Translations under genes and position numbers: made by a program | From: Azolla caroliniana | Taxonomy: Eukaryota > Plantae > Polypodiophyta | DNA length: 64,000 bases | Direction of reading: 5' to 3' | NCBI GenBank assembly: GCA_043228905.1 | Contig: JBHGNT010000007.1 | Location: forward strand, 7,626,001-7,690,000 | The notes under the pieces: generated by a model | The model's input: the letters and a program-made list of their open reading frames with translations, nothing else | The model's database searches: none | Told to the model about the DNA's origin: nothing | In this document: positions 63,107 through 64,000 of the stretch, piece after piece | How the letters are laid out: every line of letters starts with the position of its first letter | Position numbering within the stretch: position 1 is the stretch's first letter

Positions 63107-63622
63107 TTAGAGCTGGCCAGAATCAGCAATAACCACTGGTTTGGAGGTCTTACCGGATTGAGAGCCCACAGCCTCAATTGCCTTCACAACGTTTAGGCCC
63201 TCCACAACGCTTCCAAACACAACATGCTTACCATCGAGCCATGGTGTGGCAACCGTGCAGAGGAAAAACTGGGAGCCATTGGTATTTGGCCCAGCATTGG
63301 CCATGGACAAAACTCCTGGTCCTGTGTGCTTTCGTGAGAAATTCTCATCAGGGAACTTGGCGCCATAGATGGATTCTCCACCAGTTCCATCGCCACGGGT
63401 GAAGTCTCCTCCCTGGCACATGAAGTTCGGGATAACGCGGTGGAATTTGGAGCCCTTGAAGTGGAGTGGTTTGCCAGACTTCCCGACGCCTTTCTCTCCG
63501 GTGCACAGTGCCCGGAAATTCTCAGCTGTCTTAGGGGTGGTATCAGCATAGAGCTCCATAACAATTCTCCCAGCTGGTGCACCACCAATAGTCATATCGA
63601 AGAAGACCTTAGGGTTTGCCAT
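63107..63622 (-). CDS. Cytosolic single-domain cyclophilin (peptidyl-prolyl cis-trans isomerase, ROC1/CYP18-19-like)
   Basis: Intact 171-aa ORF: [14 protein letters not shown]...[16 protein letters not shown]...[16 protein letters not shown]...[16 protein letters not shown]...[11 protein letters not shown] splice acceptor CTGTAG|G lies 1 nt before the ATG, indicating a 5' UTR intron. Confidence 0.97.
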   Translation of the reverse strand: MANPKVFFDMTIGGAPAGRIVMELYADTTPKTAENFRALCTGEKGVGKSGKPLHFKGSKFHRVIPNFMCQGGDFTRGDGTGGESIYGAKFPDENFSRKHTGPGVLSMANAGPNTNGSQFFLCTVATPWLDGKHVVFGSVVEGLNVVKAIEAVGSQSGKTSKPVVIADSGQL

Positions 63623-64000
63623 CCTACAGTGGTCAATAGAAGAAAATCATACACGGCGTTGTCAATGTATTTTGACCCATAAATGAGTAAGTTCGGTCAG
63701 AAAAGACGAGAAAAATCCAATGGGGGAAATATGCATCATTCTCCGAATGTAAATGTTAGGATGATATCAAAACAGACAGAAAATGAGACAAGAAAAACAA
63801 TATAATTCCTAATTTCTGGCCAATCTGAGGAGACAAACTAGGCGTCGACTCATATTCGGGACAAATAGCGAGACAAAAACCTGAAAGTTTCAAAAACTAG
63901 TAGTAAAGAATCCGATAAATTGCAGGCAGAAACAAACCAATTTAACAACGGGAAAAAGAAACTAATAATTCACAAGGACAAGCGGAAACCGCACAGATGT

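Overview
This is eukaryotic land-plant nuclear DNA; a fern or lycophyte is a weak guess from the element types. Three host genes lie on the minus strand: the first coding exon of a conserved uncharacterised plant membrane protein (~1.1-1.4 kb), a complete 7-exon PMT/DUF248 SAM-dependent methyltransferase (17960-22390) and a cytosolic cyclophilin (63107-63622). Nearly everything else is nested transposons. These include an 11-kb non-chromoviral Gypsy with TSD, an extra ORF and an inserted solo LTR; several Copia copies; a probable Sola2-like DNA transposase; a Tat-like Gypsy with an additional RNase H; a chromovirus; an L1-like LINE; and a 10-kb hAT. Most notable: (1) the Gypsy at 2781-13809 has no polypurine tract next to its 3' LTR and instead carries a second, inverted tRNA-Arg primer-binding-like site, suggesting both cDNA strands may be tRNA-primed; (2) a TSD-flanked Copia has lost its 5' LTR, has an inverted 5' body, and has 33 nt of RT replaced by 33 nt of telomere repeat; (3) a four-level nest (Copia LTR > LINE > hAT > Copia). 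Family assignments come from recalled motifs; no database searches were run.
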